Shown: positions 9,926 through 20,735 of the stretch, piece by piece
Layout: each line of letters begins with the position of its first letter
How positions within the stretch are numbered: position 1 is the first letter of the stretch
From: Candidatus Multivoradales bacterium
Lineage (GTDB): Bacteria; Acidobacteriota; Thermoanaerobaculia; Multivoradales; J023
DNA length: 64,000 nt
Direction: 5' to 3'
Assembly: GCA_965248925.1 (NCBI GenBank)
Contig: CBDFLE010000006.1
Location: forward strand, 1,440,001 to 1,504,000
Translations under genes and position numbers: made by a program
Notes under the pieces: model-generated
Databases searched by the model: none
Seen by the model: the letters and a program-made list of their open reading frames with translations, nothing else
Told to the model about the DNA's origin: nothing

Positions 9926-11026
9926 TCAGCCGAACAGATCTTTGACCTTGCCGAGCACTCCGCGGTCACCGTCGACCACTTTGCCTTCGAACTCGGCCAA
10001 CCGTTCGAGGGTTTCGAGGTGCTCGGCATCGAGGTCTCGCTTGTGCGGCACGGTCAGCTTGACGTGCGCCACGTGGTCACCGTGGCCGCGACCGTCCAAA
10101 CGGGCGACGCCCTTGCCGCGCAAGCGGAATTCGTGTTCGGGCTCGGTTCCGGCCGCGACCCGCAGGTGCTCCGCTCCATGCACGGTCTCGATTTCGATCT
10201 GAGCTCCCAAGACCAGCTGCGAGTAGGCCAGCGACACAGCTTCGTGCACATCAGCGCCGTCGCGCACCAGACGTTCGTGGGCTTCGACGTTGATCACCAC
10301 ATGCAGGTCACCAGGCTGGCCGCCGCCGCGACCATGCTCACCTTTGCCCCGCAGCCGCAGGCGCATGCCATCGTCAACCCCTGCCGGGATCGACACCTCG
10401 ACGGTGCGCTGCCGCTCACGCCGTCCTTCGCCGCCACATACCTTGCAGGGATCGGAGACCATGCGACCCGCTCCTTGGCATTGCGGACACGGCCGGCCGA
10501 CGCTGAAGAAACCCTGGGTGTAACGCACCTGGCCGGCCCCGCGACAGGTCTTGCAGGTTTCCGGCTGACGGCTGCGGCTGCCGGTGCCGGCGCAATCGTC
10601 ACAAGACTCCAGACGAGGAAAACGGATCTCCATATCGCGACCAAACACCGCTTCCTCGAAACTCAGATCGAGGTCATAGCGCAGATCCGCGCCAGGGGTT
10701 CCGCTCCGTCCCCGCCGCGAGCCCCCAAACCCGAACAGATCGCCGAGGATGTCGGAGAAATCACCAAACACCGACGGATCAAAACCGCCGAAACCGCCTG
10801 CCGCGGCTCCCTGGTGACCAAAGCGATCGTACTGCGCCCGTTTGGCGTCGTCCGAGAGCACCGAGTAGGCCTCGGCGGCTTCCTTGAAATTGGCTTCGGC
10901 GGCGGGATCGTCCGGATTGCGGTCGGGGTGGTACTTGACCGCCAGCTTACGATAAGCAGACTTGGTCTCCTGCGCCGAGGCGCCCCGCTCGATTCCCAAC
11001 ACTTCGTAATAATCGCGTTTCGACAT
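9926..11026 (-). CDS. dnaJ: Chaperone DnaJ
   Basis: J-domain with HPD, G/F-rich region, four CxxCxGxG repeats. Confidence 0.98.
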   Translation of the reverse strand: MSKRDYYEVLGIERGASAQETKSAYRKLAVKYHPDRNPDDPAAEANFKEAAEAYSVLSDDAKRAQYDRFGHQGAAAGGFGGFDPSVFGDFSDILGDLFGFGGSRRGRSGTPGADLRYDLDLSFEEAVFGRDMEIRFPRLESCDDCAGTGSRSRQPETCKTCRGAGQVRYTQGFFSVGRPCPQCQGAGRMVSDPCKVCGGEGRRERQRTVEVSIPAGVDDGMRLRLRGKGEHGRGGGQPGDLHVVINVEAHERLVRDGADVHEAVSLAYSQLVLGAQIEIETVHGAEHLRVAAGTEPEHEFRLRGKGVARLDGRGHGDHVAHVKLTVPHKRDLDAEHLETLERLAEFEGKVVDGDRGVLGKVKDLFG

Positions 11027-11120
11027 AGAGGTTCTCTAGCTTCTCGGTCTGATGAGTCCTCAAAGACAAGCTCCGGTGAAGGCGGAAAATTCCCCCTCAC
11101 GCGGCGGCCGGACAATAATC

Positions 11121-12938
11121 TCAGCCCGAGCTTGAACTCTCCAGCATCAGTTGCGAGAGCTTCTGCGAGATGGTGTTGAGATCGAAGATTGCTGCTTCGA
11201 GGTCAGCCCGCTCATCCTCACTAAGCGCCATGCGAGCGCGCAAGAACGACTGGTGGATCTTCTTGTTCTCGGTTTCCGTGACTTGATCCTGAAATTGGTC
11301 GAAGACCCTCTCGTTGGAGTAGATCAGCCCTTCTAGGCGGTTCTTGAGCCGCCTAGTCTCGCGTCGCTGAGCGTCTTCCTGAGCATATTGCTGGGCTTCC
11401 TGCACCAGGCGATCAACCTCCTCGCTGGAAAGACCGCTCGAAGTATTGACCTCAATCCCCTGCTGCTGATTGGTCGCCATGTCGCGCGCCGAAACCGAGA
11501 CGATGCCATTGGAATCGATGGCGAAAGTGACCTCGATCTGCGGCACCCCACGCGGCGCGGGCGGAACGCCGACCAGTTCGAAGCGCCCCAGAGAACGATT
11601 CTCCGCGGCAATCTCGCGCTCCCCCTGCAAGACGTGAATCTCGACCTTGTCCTGGTTGTCGACCACGGTGGTGAAAATCTGGGTCTCTTTGGTGGGGATT
11701 GTTGAGTTGCGGTTGATCAATTTGGTGAACAACCCTCCATGAGTCTCGACCCCCAGCGACAGGGGAGTGACATCGAGCAGCACCACATTCTTGATCTCGC
11801 CACGGATAATGCCGCCCTGGATGGCGGCGCCCATCGACACCACCTCGTCGGGATTGATCTCGCGGTTGGCCGGCCGGCCGAAAATTCTCTCCACCGCTCG
11901 GATGACGATCGGCGACCGGGTCTGACCGCCGACCAGCAAGACCTCGTCGATCTCGCCGGGATCGATACCGGCGGAGTTCAGCGCTTCCAAACATGGACCT
12001 TCGGTGCGATCGACCAGCGGCTGCACCAAGCGCTCAAAATGTTCGCGGGTGAGAGAGCGAGAGAGATGCCGCGGTCCGCTGTCGTCGGCCGAGATAAACG
12101 GCAGATTGATCGCTGCTTCCTCAGCCGTGGAGAGTTCACACTTGGCTCGCTCGGAGGCTTCCTTGAGACGCTGCAGCGCCATCCGATCGCCGCGCAAGTC
12201 GTTCTGGGTCTCCTCGCGGAACTCCTCGATCAACCAATCCATGATCTGCTGATCAAAGTCCTCGCCCCCCAGATAGCTATCGCCGGAGGTGCCGCGAACT
12301 TCGAAGATGCCCCGCGACAGCTCGAGGATCGAAATATCGAAGGTGCCGCCGCCAAGATCGTAGACTGCCACCACATGCTCGTCTTTGTCCTTGTCGAAGC
12401 CGTAGGCAAGAGCTGCCGCGGTCGGCTCGTTGATGATCCGCCTGACTTCCAAGCCAGCGATCTTGCCGGCGTCCTTGGTCGCCTGGCGCTGCGAATCGTC
12501 GAAGTATGCCGGGACGGTGATGATCGCCTCGGTCACTTCCTCGCCCAGAGCTTCTTCGGCAAAACTCTTGATCTCCTTGAGGATGAAGGCGGAGATCTCT
12601 TGCGGACTGTGCTCACGCTGGCGGATCTGAATGCGCACATCGCCGTTGGGAGCCTCGGTGAGGCTGTAGGGCAGCACCTCGCGAGCCCGCTGCACTTCGG
12701 AATCGTGGAACTTGCGACCGATCAGCCGCTTGACGGCGAAAACCGTATTCTCAGGGTTGGTCACCGCCTGACGCTTGGCGATCTGACCCACCAGGCGTTC
12801 ACCATCCTCGGCGAAGGCGACAATCGACGGCGACGTTCTGCTGCCTTCGCGATTGGCCAACACCTTGGGCACCAATGCTTCCACCACCGAAGCACAGCTG
12901 TTGGTGGTCCCCAAGTCGATGCCGATGACTTTACCCAA
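11121..12938 (-). CDS. dnaK: Chaperone DnaK (Hsp70), 605 aa with short C-terminus
   Basis: [41 protein letters not shown]. Confidence 0.97.
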   Translation of the reverse strand: MGKVIGIDLGTTNSCASVVEALVPKVLANREGSRTSPSIVAFAEDGERLVGQIAKRQAVTNPENTVFAVKRLIGRKFHDSEVQRAREVLPYSLTEAPNGDVRIQIRQREHSPQEISAFILKEIKSFAEEALGEEVTEAIITVPAYFDDSQRQATKDAGKIAGLEVRRIINEPTAAALAYGFDKDKDEHVVAVYDLGGGTFDISILELSRGIFEVRGTSGDSYLGGEDFDQQIMDWLIEEFREETQNDLRGDRMALQRLKEASERAKCELSTAEEAAINLPFISADDSGPRHLSRSLTREHFERLVQPLVDRTEGPCLEALNSAGIDPGEIDEVLLVGGQTRSPIVIRAVERIFGRPANREINPDEVVSMGAAIQGGIIRGEIKNVVLLDVTPLSLGVETHGGLFTKLINRNSTIPTKETQIFTTVVDNQDKVEIHVLQGEREIAAENRSLGRFELVGVPPAPRGVPQIEVTFAIDSNGIVSVSARDMATNQQQGIEVNTSSGLSSEEVDRLVQEAQQYAQEDAQRRETRRLKNRLEGLIYSNERVFDQFQDQVTETENKKIHQSFLRARMALSEDERADLEAAIFDLNTISQKLSQLMLESSSSG

Positions 12939-13015
12939 TTCTCCAGCCTCCGAGCGCGGTGCCCATCAGGTCTGCGGCAGATTTCGCCGCCACCCAATCG
13001 GGCCCTTGACCGGTC

Positions 13016-13747
13016 TCACTTCTCAGACTCATTTCCCTCGTCGGAGCCCTGGGGACGTGGCTTCGTCGAGCCCTTGGTCGGCATGCCCACCGCCACCATG
13101 GCGGGGCGCAGCAAGCGATCGTGCAGCACGTAGCCACGTTGCATTTCCTCGATCACTGTCGGCTTATCAAGATCATCCCGCTCCTGTCGGCTGACCGCTT
13201 CGTGGACAGTCGGGTCGAAGAGCTTGCCCACCGACTCGACGGTCTCTACCCCGTGACGACGGAGAGTCTCGGCGAGCTGCCGCACGGTCATCTCTACCCC
13301 GAGCTTCAGATCCTCGGCGCTGCCACCAGCGGCCAAAGCCCGTTCGAGGTTGTCGGCGACAGCCACGAAATCCTTCAGCGGCTCGAACAGAGCGTACCGC
13401 TTCAAGCTGGCTTTTTCACGCTCCGATCGTTTGCGAAAGTTGTCGAAGTCGGCCATCGTCCGCAGCGACAGGTCGCGCAACTCGGTAAGCTCACCCTCCA
13501 ATTCGGCGGAGCGAGCTGCTGCTGATTCGTCCTCAGCAGCCAGCAGCGGTGGCTCGCTGCCCTCAATAAGTACCGCACCATCTTGGTCCCGATCCACCGA
13601 CGCCAAGGCCTCTTCGAAGACCTCGTCGATCGACGATTCGCCACCCTGCTCTAGATCGAGCTCATAAGGCTGGTCGGTTTCGCCACCAGCCGCGGCGCTC
13701 TTCTCATCCATCTTGCCAAGCTCCTGCGAATCCACACCGGCGCTCAT
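13016..13747 (-). CDS. grpE: Nucleotide exchange factor GrpE
   Basis: ADFDNFRKR, DNLERAL, FDPTVHEAV, QRGYVLHDRLLRPAMVAV. Confidence 0.96.
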   Translation of the reverse strand: MSAGVDSQELGKMDEKSAAAGGETDQPYELDLEQGGESSIDEVFEEALASVDRDQDGAVLIEGSEPPLLAAEDESAAARSAELEGELTELRDLSLRTMADFDNFRKRSEREKASLKRYALFEPLKDFVAVADNLERALAAGGSAEDLKLGVEMTVRQLAETLRRHGVETVESVGKLFDPTVHEAVSRQERDDLDKPTVIEEMQRGYVLHDRLLRPAMVAVGMPTKGSTKPRPQGSDEGNESEK

Positions 13748-13750
13748 CGT

Positions 13751-14827
13751 CTACTCCTCAGTGACCGTCAGCGCCCGCGAAAGCGTCTTACCCAGATAAT
13801 TCACCAAGGCGAAAGCACGCGAGTATTCCATCCTTGAAGGCCCGATGACCCCCAAACTCCCGACTGTGTTGCCACCGATGCCGTAGGGAGCCGCCACCAG
13901 ACTGAAATCGAGCTCGGAAGTCAGCTCGCTATCTTCACCGATGAAGACCCTGACCCCGCCACCAGCCATGCAATGGTTGAGTATCTTCACCAGGTGAGCC
14001 TTGTCGGCAAAGGCATCCAACATCCGCCGAATGTGCTCGACATCCGACATTTCAGGCTGGTCGAGCAGACTGCGGGTGCCTTCCATCAGCACCGCCCGTT
14101 CGTGGGTCGCCTGGGCAGCTCGCTCTGCCAAAGCAATCGCCTGTGACAACAGGTTGTCCACCTGCCGCCGCTCTTCCGCCATCAACGCCAGCAGCCGGTC
14201 CCGAATCTGCGCCAAGCTCAAACCGGCAAAGCTCTGGTTGAGGTAGTTGGAGATGCGGATCAGATCTTCCCGCGACACCGGCTCCTCAGTCTCAATCACG
14301 ACATTATCGATGAAGCCACCCTCAGATACCACCACGCAGAGAACTCGGCAATCTTGCAGACCCACGAAATCAACCGTCCGCAACACGGTCCCATCCACCG
14401 CCGGGGTCAGCACCACGCCAACCTGGTGCGACAGCTCGGACAAGAGATGGGTCGAAACGCTCATCAGCAAGTCGACATCCGATGCCGCCTTCTTGAAGTG
14501 CTGATCGATGTAGCGCCGCTCCCGCACCGGCAGCTGCCGCTGCTGCATCAAGCTGGCCACGTAGAGTCTGTAAGCCGCCTCGGTGGGCACCCGGCCCGCC
14601 GAGGTATGGGGTTGCTCGATCAGCCCCAAATCCTCCAAGTCGGCCATCACGTTGCGGATGCTGGCCGACGACAGACCTTGGCGATCAGCCTTCGACAACA
14701 AACGCGAACTCACCGGCCGGCCGCTGACAATATACGTGTGCACCAAATCCCTCAAGATGACGCGAGCTCGCGAGTTGAGTTCTTGGTGCTCTGCGGCGGA
14801 TGCTGTGGAAGATCTTTGGGCCGGCAC
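13751..14827 (-). CDS. hrcA: Heat-inducible transcription repressor HrcA
   Basis: SSASIRNVMADLEDLGLIEQPHTSAGRVPT, LGVIGPSRMEY. Confidence 0.96.
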   Translation of the reverse strand: MPAQRSSTASAAEHQELNSRARVILRDLVHTYIVSGRPVSSRLLSKADRQGLSSASIRNVMADLEDLGLIEQPHTSAGRVPTEAAYRLYVASLMQQRQLPVRERRYIDQHFKKAASDVDLLMSVSTHLLSELSHQVGVVLTPAVDGTVLRTVDFVGLQDCRVLCVVVSEGGFIDNVVIETEEPVSREDLIRISNYLNQSFAGLSLAQIRDRLLALMAEERRQVDNLLSQAIALAERAAQATHERAVLMEGTRSLLDQPEMSDVEHIRRMLDAFADKAHLVKILNHCMAGGGVRVFIGEDSELTSELDFSLVAAPYGIGGNTVGSLGVIGPSRMEYSRAFALVNYLGKTLSRALTVTEE

Positions 14828-15164
14828 TGGGTCGCTCTGTATCCGTATGCGCGATCGCCTCGCGGCATCGCGGTCTGTTGCTGCGAATGCTGGAGGCTTT
14901 CAGCCTCTCTACCCGAGGTCGAACCAGACTCCGGTGCGAACCTCGCTCTTAGTGTATCGTAGCCGGGTCGACGACGAGAGTATGATCGCTACGAGAAGTC
15001 TGCCGGATCATAGGACCACAACGCCCGGCCCGCAACCATCACCGAACCGATTCGATGTGGCACTAGCTCCGGGCGCTTGATCTTCCCCTCTAAGGATCCA
15101 ACTAGAGAACCGACCCGAAGTTGACGACCGCGCCGAACCAGGGCCGCAGGAAAGGCATGAGCCC

Positions 15165-15194
15165 TTGACCCTAATTCAGGGCCGATGCTAAGCT
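15165..15194 (+). promoter_or_regulatory. Putative sigma-70 promoter of the mglA-nrdR-lon-thiL unit
   Basis: TTGACC-18 nt-TAAGCT with extended -10 TG, about 30 nt before the ATG at 15225. Confidence 0.45.
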
Positions 15195-15224
15195 GCCCCG
15201 TCCCCTACCCAGGGATGTCCGTCT

Positions 15225-16649
15225 ATGGTTTTCTTTAACTACAGCACCATGCAGATGGCCGCCAAGGTCGTGTATTACGGCCCCGGTCTTTGTGGCAAAA
15301 CCACCAATCTGCAATGGATTTTCGACCACACCTCGAACGACTCTCGGGGTGAGATGGTTTCCCTGGCAACCGAGACCGACCGTACGCTTTTCTTCGACCT
15401 GCTGCCGATCGATGTCGGCTCGATCGCTGGTTTCAGCACCCGTATCCAGCTCTACACCGTCCCCGGGCAGGTGTTCTACAACACCACCCGCAAGCTGGTG
15501 CTGAAAGGGGTCGATGGAGTGGTCTTCGTGGCCGATTCGCAGCGGCCAATGCTACAGGCCAACATCGAGTCCTTCCACAACTTGGAGGAAAACCTCGGTG
15601 AGATGGGCCTGTCGCTGGAGAACATCCCGCTGGTCTTGCAGTACAACAAGCGCGACCTGCCAGGCATCTGCTCCGTAGAGGAACTCAACCAAGCGCTCAA
15701 TCGGGGTCAGTGGCCCTCGGTCGAGAGTTCGGCGCTGAACGGCACCGGCGTCTTCGAGACTCTCAAGACGGTGTCGAAGATGACTCTGTTGGCGCTGAAG
15801 AAGCGGCTTACCAAGGGCAGGTCGGATACCCCCAGGGCAGCCAAGACGGGTCCCCGGCCAACAATCACTGCCAAGCCCAGCGCCGTCCCTCGCGAGCAGG
15901 CAGTCGCCAACCCATCCAGTCCTACGCCGCAGAAGAGCCGGCCAGCGGCAGCAGCCGCGGCGACCACCACCAGCCAGAGCCTTGCCTCCGCCGCTGTGCA
16001 ACCGGATCCGGTGGTCGCCGAAACCAAGCCGCCGATCGCTCTGGCGGTTAGTGACGAGGCCGCGGTAGAAATCGTCGAAGACGTCGCCGTAGAAGTGACC
16101 GCAGAGGGGACGAAGAGGGCCGCTGAGGAACACAGCAAGAAAGCGGATGAGGACACCGCCGTCTCAGTACGGAACCAAGCACCGTTGAACCAACCTGTGG
16201 CAGCCAAAGAACCGGTGGCAGCCAGCACCGCCCAACCCGGTGTCCCATTCACCGCCCAACCCACTGCCCGGACCGGGGCGACCGAAGTCATCGCGGCACG
16301 GACAGCAAAACGCACTGCGACCGCCAAGCCAAAGGTTTACAGCGGCATCGACGCCCTGGCTGAACTCGAGAAGATTCGCCAGCAAGCGCTGCATCCGAAC
16401 GCCAAGCCCGAGCTGACCCACAGCGCCCGCAGTGCCCGCAATGGTCACGAGATCCGCCGCAGCCTGCAGGTTCAGTTATCCCGGCAGGAGTTCAGCCGCG
16501 CTCGTCGGGTTTCCCTAAGCCTGCAAATCGAAGACGCCAACCACCAGGTTGTCGACGAAATTCGGCATCTCCACGTCGACATAGACGATGCAAGCTCGCT
16601 CGAAAGACTCCTGCTGCGACTCAACATTGCCGTCGACCCCTCTGCCTGA
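15225..16649 (+). CDS. mglA: MglA-family small GTPase with long Pro/Ala/Lys-rich linker and C-terminal domain
   Basis: KVVYYGPGLCGKTTNL, TETDRTLFFDLLP, LYTVPGQVFY, QYNKRD in the first ~195 aa, followed by a ~280-aa extension. Confidence 0.88.
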   Translation: MVFFNYSTMQMAAKVVYYGPGLCGKTTNLQWIFDHTSNDSRGEMVSLATETDRTLFFDLLPIDVGSIAGFSTRIQLYTVPGQVFYNTTRKLVLKGVDGVVFVADSQRPMLQANIESFHNLEENLGEMGLSLENIPLVLQYNKRDLPGICSVEELNQALNRGQWPSVESSALNGTGVFETLKTVSKMTLLALKKRLTKGRSDTPRAAKTGPRPTITAKPSAVPREQAVANPSSPTPQKSRPAAAAAATTTSQSLASAAVQPDPVVAETKPPIALAVSDEAAVEIVEDVAVEVTAEGTKRAAEEHSKKADEDTAVSVRNQAPLNQPVAAKEPVAASTAQPGVPFTAQPTARTGATEVIAARTAKRTATAKPKVYSGIDALAELEKIRQQALHPNAKPELTHSARSARNGHEIRRSLQVQLSRQEFSRARRVSLSLQIEDANHQVVDEIRHLHVDIDDASSLERLLLRLNIAVDPSA

Positions 16650-16684
16650 GGCCCGGCGCTTCACCGAATTCACCAAGTGCAGCG

Positions 16685-17179
16685 ATGAACTGCCCATTCT
16701 GCGGTATCAACCGTGACCGAGTCGTCGACTCTCGCGAGAGTCGTGATGGCGATAGCGTCCGCCGACGGCGGGAGTGCTTGGAGTGTAGGCGCCGATTCAC
16801 CTCCTATGAGCAGATCGACAAAATTCCCTACCTGGTGGTCAAGAGCGGCGGCAGGCGCGAGGAATTCGACCGCAATAAGCTGCTAGGGGGTCTGCTCCGC
16901 GCGTGCGAGAAACGTCCGATCTCGGCCACCGACCTCGAAGGCATCGTCCGCCGAGCCGAAGGACTTTTGCACCAGCGGGAAGATCGTGAACTGCCGAGCC
17001 GCGAAATCGGTCGCTTGGTGATGCAGGAGTTGCGTGATCTCGACCCGGTCGCCTATGTACGGTTCGCCTCGGTCTATCGCAGATTCGAGGATATCGGCGC
17101 CTTTGTGGACGAAGTCCGCAGCCTGCTCGACAACGAGCCCGCGAACACCCCTTCCGACCCTGCCGCCGAAGCCGACTGA
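16685..17179 (+). CDS. nrdR: Transcriptional repressor NrdR
   Basis: CPFCG..RRRRECLECRRRFTSYE zinc ribbon, ATP cone, VAYVRFASVY. Confidence 0.97.
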   Translation: MNCPFCGINRDRVVDSRESRDGDSVRRRRECLECRRRFTSYEQIDKIPYLVVKSGGRREEFDRNKLLGGLLRACEKRPISATDLEGIVRRAEGLLHQREDRELPSREIGRLVMQELRDLDPVAYVRFASVYRRFEDIGAFVDEVRSLLDNEPANTPSDPAAEAD

Positions 17180-17250
17180 TATCTTGTCCCTGCGCGGCCT
17201 CGCGCGCCTCGCGCCGTAACTCACAGACGGCGCCCCTGAGAGATCTATCG

Positions 17251-19653
17251 ATGAGCGCCCAGAATCCAACTGACGACGTACCCCAGCTCCCCGACGTGCT
17301 ACCGGTGCTACCGCTCAAAGACGCGGTCATCTTTCCCTACATCATCGTTCCGCTATCGATTGGACCCGATCGCAGCGTTGAGGCGGTCGATCGCGCCCTG
17401 GCCGAAAACCGCCTGGTGATGCTGGTGGCGCAGCGCGATCCCAGCATCGATCAACCGACCCCCGAGCAGCTCTACCGAGTGGGTGCGGTGGGCATGATCA
17501 TGCGCATGCTGAAGCTCCCCGACGGTCGCTTACGAATCTTGATTCAAGGTCTCGCTCGAGCGCGGGTCGAGCACATCGGCCAGACCAAACCCTTCTTGCA
17601 AGCGCGCATCTCGGCGATCGAGGAGCCCCCCTCGCCACCGGCCGGCATTGAAGTCGAGGCCCTGACTCGGACGGTCAAGGAAGGACTCGAGAAGGCTCTG
17701 AACCTGGGCAAGGGCATCTCGTCTGAAGTCATGGTCATCGCCGCCAACCTGGACGACCCAGGGCGCTTGGCCGACCTCACCGCCAGCAACTTGGATCTTA
17801 AGCTAGAGGACGCCGAGGAGATTCTCGAAACTCTCGATCCGATGGTGCGGCTAGCACGGGTCAGCGAGCATCTGCACCGCGAACTCCACCTGCTGCGAAT
17901 GCAACACGAGATTTCCTCCCAGGCTCGTGGCGAAATCGACCGCAGCCAACGGGAGTATTTTCTGCGCCAACAGCTCAAGGCGATCCAGGATGAACTCGAT
18001 GAAGGCGACGAGTTCGCGCAAGACATCGAATCCTACCGCGGACTCGCCGAGAAAAAAGAACTGCCGAAGGAAGCTCGCGAAGAACTCGAGAAACAGATTC
18101 GCAGGTTAGAACGCAGTCACCCCGAGAGTGCCGAGAACTCGGTTATTAGAACCTACTTGGATTGCTTGACCGGCCTCCCTTGGGGTGAGCAGAGCCAAGA
18201 TAATCTAGATCTGCTGCACGCACGAAAGGTGTTGGACGAAGATCATTACGACCTCGACAAGGTCAAACAGCGCATTCTCGAAATGCTCGCGGTGCGCAAA
18301 TTGAAAGCCGACAGCAAAGGGCCGATCCTATGTTTGGTTGGACCCCCAGGGGTAGGAAAGACTTCTCTCGGACGCTCGATCGCCCGCGCCCTCGACCGCA
18401 AGTTCGTACGCATCTCCCTGGGCGGAGTACGCGACGAAGCAGAAATCCGCGGCCATCGACGCACTTATGTCGGAGCTTTGCCCGGCAGGATTATTCAAGG
18501 CATTCAACAAGCCGGTACGGCGAATCCTGTCTTCATGCTGGACGAGATCGACAAGCTTGGCGCCGACTATCGAGGAGACCCCTCTTCAGCCTTGCTCGAG
18601 GTCCTCGACCCAGAGCAGAACTGCTCCTTCCGTGACCATTACTTGGCGGTACCTTACGACCTTTCTAGGGTGCTCTTCATTACCACCGCCAACCTCCTCG
18701 ATCCGATCCAGCCAGCCTTTCTCGATCGCATGGAAGTGATACGACTGTCGGGCTACACCGAAGAGGAGAAGCTCGAGATCGCCCGCCGCCATTTGGTGCC
18801 CAAACAACTTGGCGAAAACGGCCTGCGGACGAGACACATCCGCTTCACCAATGGCGGCCTGAGAAAGATCATCCGCGGCTACACCCGCGAGGCCGGGCTG
18901 CGCAACCTGGAACGCGAGATAGGTGCGATCTGCCGCAAAGTGGCGATGCGGGTAGCCGAGGGTACGAAGGGGCGAAAGACCGTAGGCGTACGCACCGTCG
19001 AGGAGCTGCTCGGACCCGAAAAGCATTTCAAAGAGGCCCTGCTATCGACCAGTCGAGTAGGCATCGCTACCGGGCTGGCTTGGACCGCCACCGGCGGCGA
19101 CCTGCTGTTCATAGAAGTCGTAGCGGTGCCCGGCAAAGGCAGGCTGATGCTTACCGGCCGGCTGGGTGAAGTGATGAAAGAGTCCGCTCAAACAGCTCTT
19201 TCCTACGCGCGGACCTTTGCCCATCGTCACGGCATGACGGATAAGTTCTTCGCCGAGCACGATTTACATGTGCACGCGCCGGCCGGCTCGATCCCCAAAG
19301 ACGGCCCCTCCGCCGGCATCACCATCGCTACCGCAATCCTCTCGCTGCTGACCGGTATTCCGGTTCGGAGATCCCTAGCCATGACCGGCGAGATTACATT
19401 ACGTGGCGACATCTTGCCGATCGGCGGTTTCAAAGAAAAGGCATTGGCGGCGCGGGCTGCCGGCATTCGCGAGGTCATCCTGCCGAAGCTCAACCACCGC
19501 GATCTGCCAGAGCTGCCGCCAGCTGTCCTTGACGATCTCGAGTTTCATTGTCTCGAGCATATGGAACAGGTGCTCGCCCATGCCCTGGCGCGAAAGATCG
19601 ACAAACCATCCAAGACGGTTCTCAACGACACCGCAATGCCATCGGCGAACTAG
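17251..19653 (+). CDS. lon: ATP-dependent Lon protease
   Basis: GPPGVGKTS, EIRGHRRTYVGALPG, PKDGPSAG, catalytic Lys in PIGGFKEK. Confidence 0.98.
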   Translation: MSAQNPTDDVPQLPDVLPVLPLKDAVIFPYIIVPLSIGPDRSVEAVDRALAENRLVMLVAQRDPSIDQPTPEQLYRVGAVGMIMRMLKLPDGRLRILIQGLARARVEHIGQTKPFLQARISAIEEPPSPPAGIEVEALTRTVKEGLEKALNLGKGISSEVMVIAANLDDPGRLADLTASNLDLKLEDAEEILETLDPMVRLARVSEHLHRELHLLRMQHEISSQARGEIDRSQREYFLRQQLKAIQDELDEGDEFAQDIESYRGLAEKKELPKEAREELEKQIRRLERSHPESAENSVIRTYLDCLTGLPWGEQSQDNLDLLHARKVLDEDHYDLDKVKQRILEMLAVRKLKADSKGPILCLVGPPGVGKTSLGRSIARALDRKFVRISLGGVRDEAEIRGHRRTYVGALPGRIIQGIQQAGTANPVFMLDEIDKLGADYRGDPSSALLEVLDPEQNCSFRDHYLAVPYDLSRVLFITTANLLDPIQPAFLDRMEVIRLSGYTEEEKLEIARRHLVPKQLGENGLRTRHIRFTNGGLRKIIRGYTREAGLRNLEREIGAICRKVAMRVAEGTKGRKTVGVRTVEELLGPEKHFKEALLSTSRVGIATGLAWTATGGDLLFIEVVAVPGKGRLMLTGRLGEVMKESAQTALSYARTFAHRHGMTDKFFAEHDLHVHAPAGSIPKDGPSAGITIATAILSLLTGIPVRRSLAMTGEITLRGDILPIGGFKEKALAARAAGIREVILPKLNHRDLPELPPAVLDDLEFHCLEHMEQVLAHALARKIDKPSKTVLNDTAMPSAN

Positions 19654-19655
19654 CG

Positions 19656-20642
19656 GTGAGCCGAGAGACCAGCGTAGAAGATCGGCTGCTGGCGCCCCTC
19701 CTACGCCGCAGCGGTGGCCTGATCGGTGACGATGCAGCTATCTTGCCCGCCGAGTCTTGGGCCGTCACCACCGACACTCAAATTGCCGGAAGCCACTTTC
19801 CAGCCGATCTTGACCCAGCTTTGATAGCCCGCCGGCTGCTGGCGGTCAACCTCTCCGACCTCGCTGCTATGGGTGCCGAACCAGCCTTTGCTTTCTTGGT
19901 CCTGGCGGCGCCAGCGAGCTTCGACCACCGCTGTTTCCTCGACGCCTTCGAACAGGCTTGCCAAGAGGCAGGAGTGCGGCTGGCGGGTGGTGACCTCTCC
20001 AGCCAGGAACAGGTCGCCACAATAGCAACCTTGCTCGGCCGTCAGACCTCGGGCGGCCGTTGGCTGCGACGCGACGACGCCCACCCAGGCCACCGATTGT
20101 GGCTTGGCGGCAGCGTCGGCGAGTCCGCCCTAGGTCTGCGATTGGTACAACGGGGCGCGCGCTTGGGAGCGTTAGGAACCGCATTGGCAGCAGACCTATC
20201 CGCGCTCCAGGTCACCACGGCAGCCGAACAAGCGTTGCGGCGCCATCTCGAACCCGCGCCGCAACTCGCACTGGGCGCTTGGCTCGCCCAACAAGAAAGC
20301 GGTGGCGTCATCGATGTTTCAGACGGACTGGGTAAAGACCTTGCCCGTCTGTGCAAAGCAAGTGGTGTGGGGGCTGACGTTCATTCACGGCGATTGCCGG
20401 AACCGGCCGATTTCACCGCCCTATGCCAAGCTCTCGATTGCGACCCCCTACCAACAAAGCTCAGCGGCGGCGAAGACTACGTCCTGCTATTCAGCTTGCC
20501 GGAAGGCATCCAACCACCCGCGGCCCTCCACTGCCAGCAGATCGGCAACATCACACAGCCTGCTCAAGTGATCTTGGTCGATCAAGGACGGCGCCGTCCA
20601 CTACCTACCGTGGGTTGGGACCATCTTAGTAAGGGCAGCTGA
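19656..20642 (+). CDS. thiL: Thiamine-monophosphate kinase
   Basis: IGDDAA, VNLSDLAAMGA, IDVSDGL, GGEDYVLLF; GTG start at 19656. Confidence 0.94.
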   Translation: MSRETSVEDRLLAPLLRRSGGLIGDDAAILPAESWAVTTDTQIAGSHFPADLDPALIARRLLAVNLSDLAAMGAEPAFAFLVLAAPASFDHRCFLDAFEQACQEAGVRLAGGDLSSQEQVATIATLLGRQTSGGRWLRRDDAHPGHRLWLGGSVGESALGLRLVQRGARLGALGTALAADLSALQVTTAAEQALRRHLEPAPQLALGAWLAQQESGGVIDVSDGLGKDLARLCKASGVGADVHSRRLPEPADFTALCQALDCDPLPTKLSGGEDYVLLFSLPEGIQPPAALHCQQIGNITQPAQVILVDQGRRRPLPTVGWDHLSKGS

Positions 20643-20681
20643 TTCCGGCCGCAAACCAAAGCGCGAAACAGCTCTCTACGA

Positions 20682-20711
20682 CAAACGCCCCGCCGTACGG
20701 CGGGGCGTTTG
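20682..20711. terminator. Bidirectional intrinsic terminator between convergent thiL and the HTH gene
   Basis: Perfect 30-bp palindrome CAAACGCCCCGCCG-TA-CGGCGGGGCGTTTG. Confidence 0.85.
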
Positions 20712-20735
20712 CTAGCTTTGACTATTGCTCGAGGA

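Noticed and set aside
10019-13133. Long plus-strand ORFs (386 and 464 aa), and similar ones at 46056-47369 and 51743-52963
   Set aside because: Antisense shadows of dnaJ/dnaK, the AAA gene and proB caused by GC-rich codon bias.
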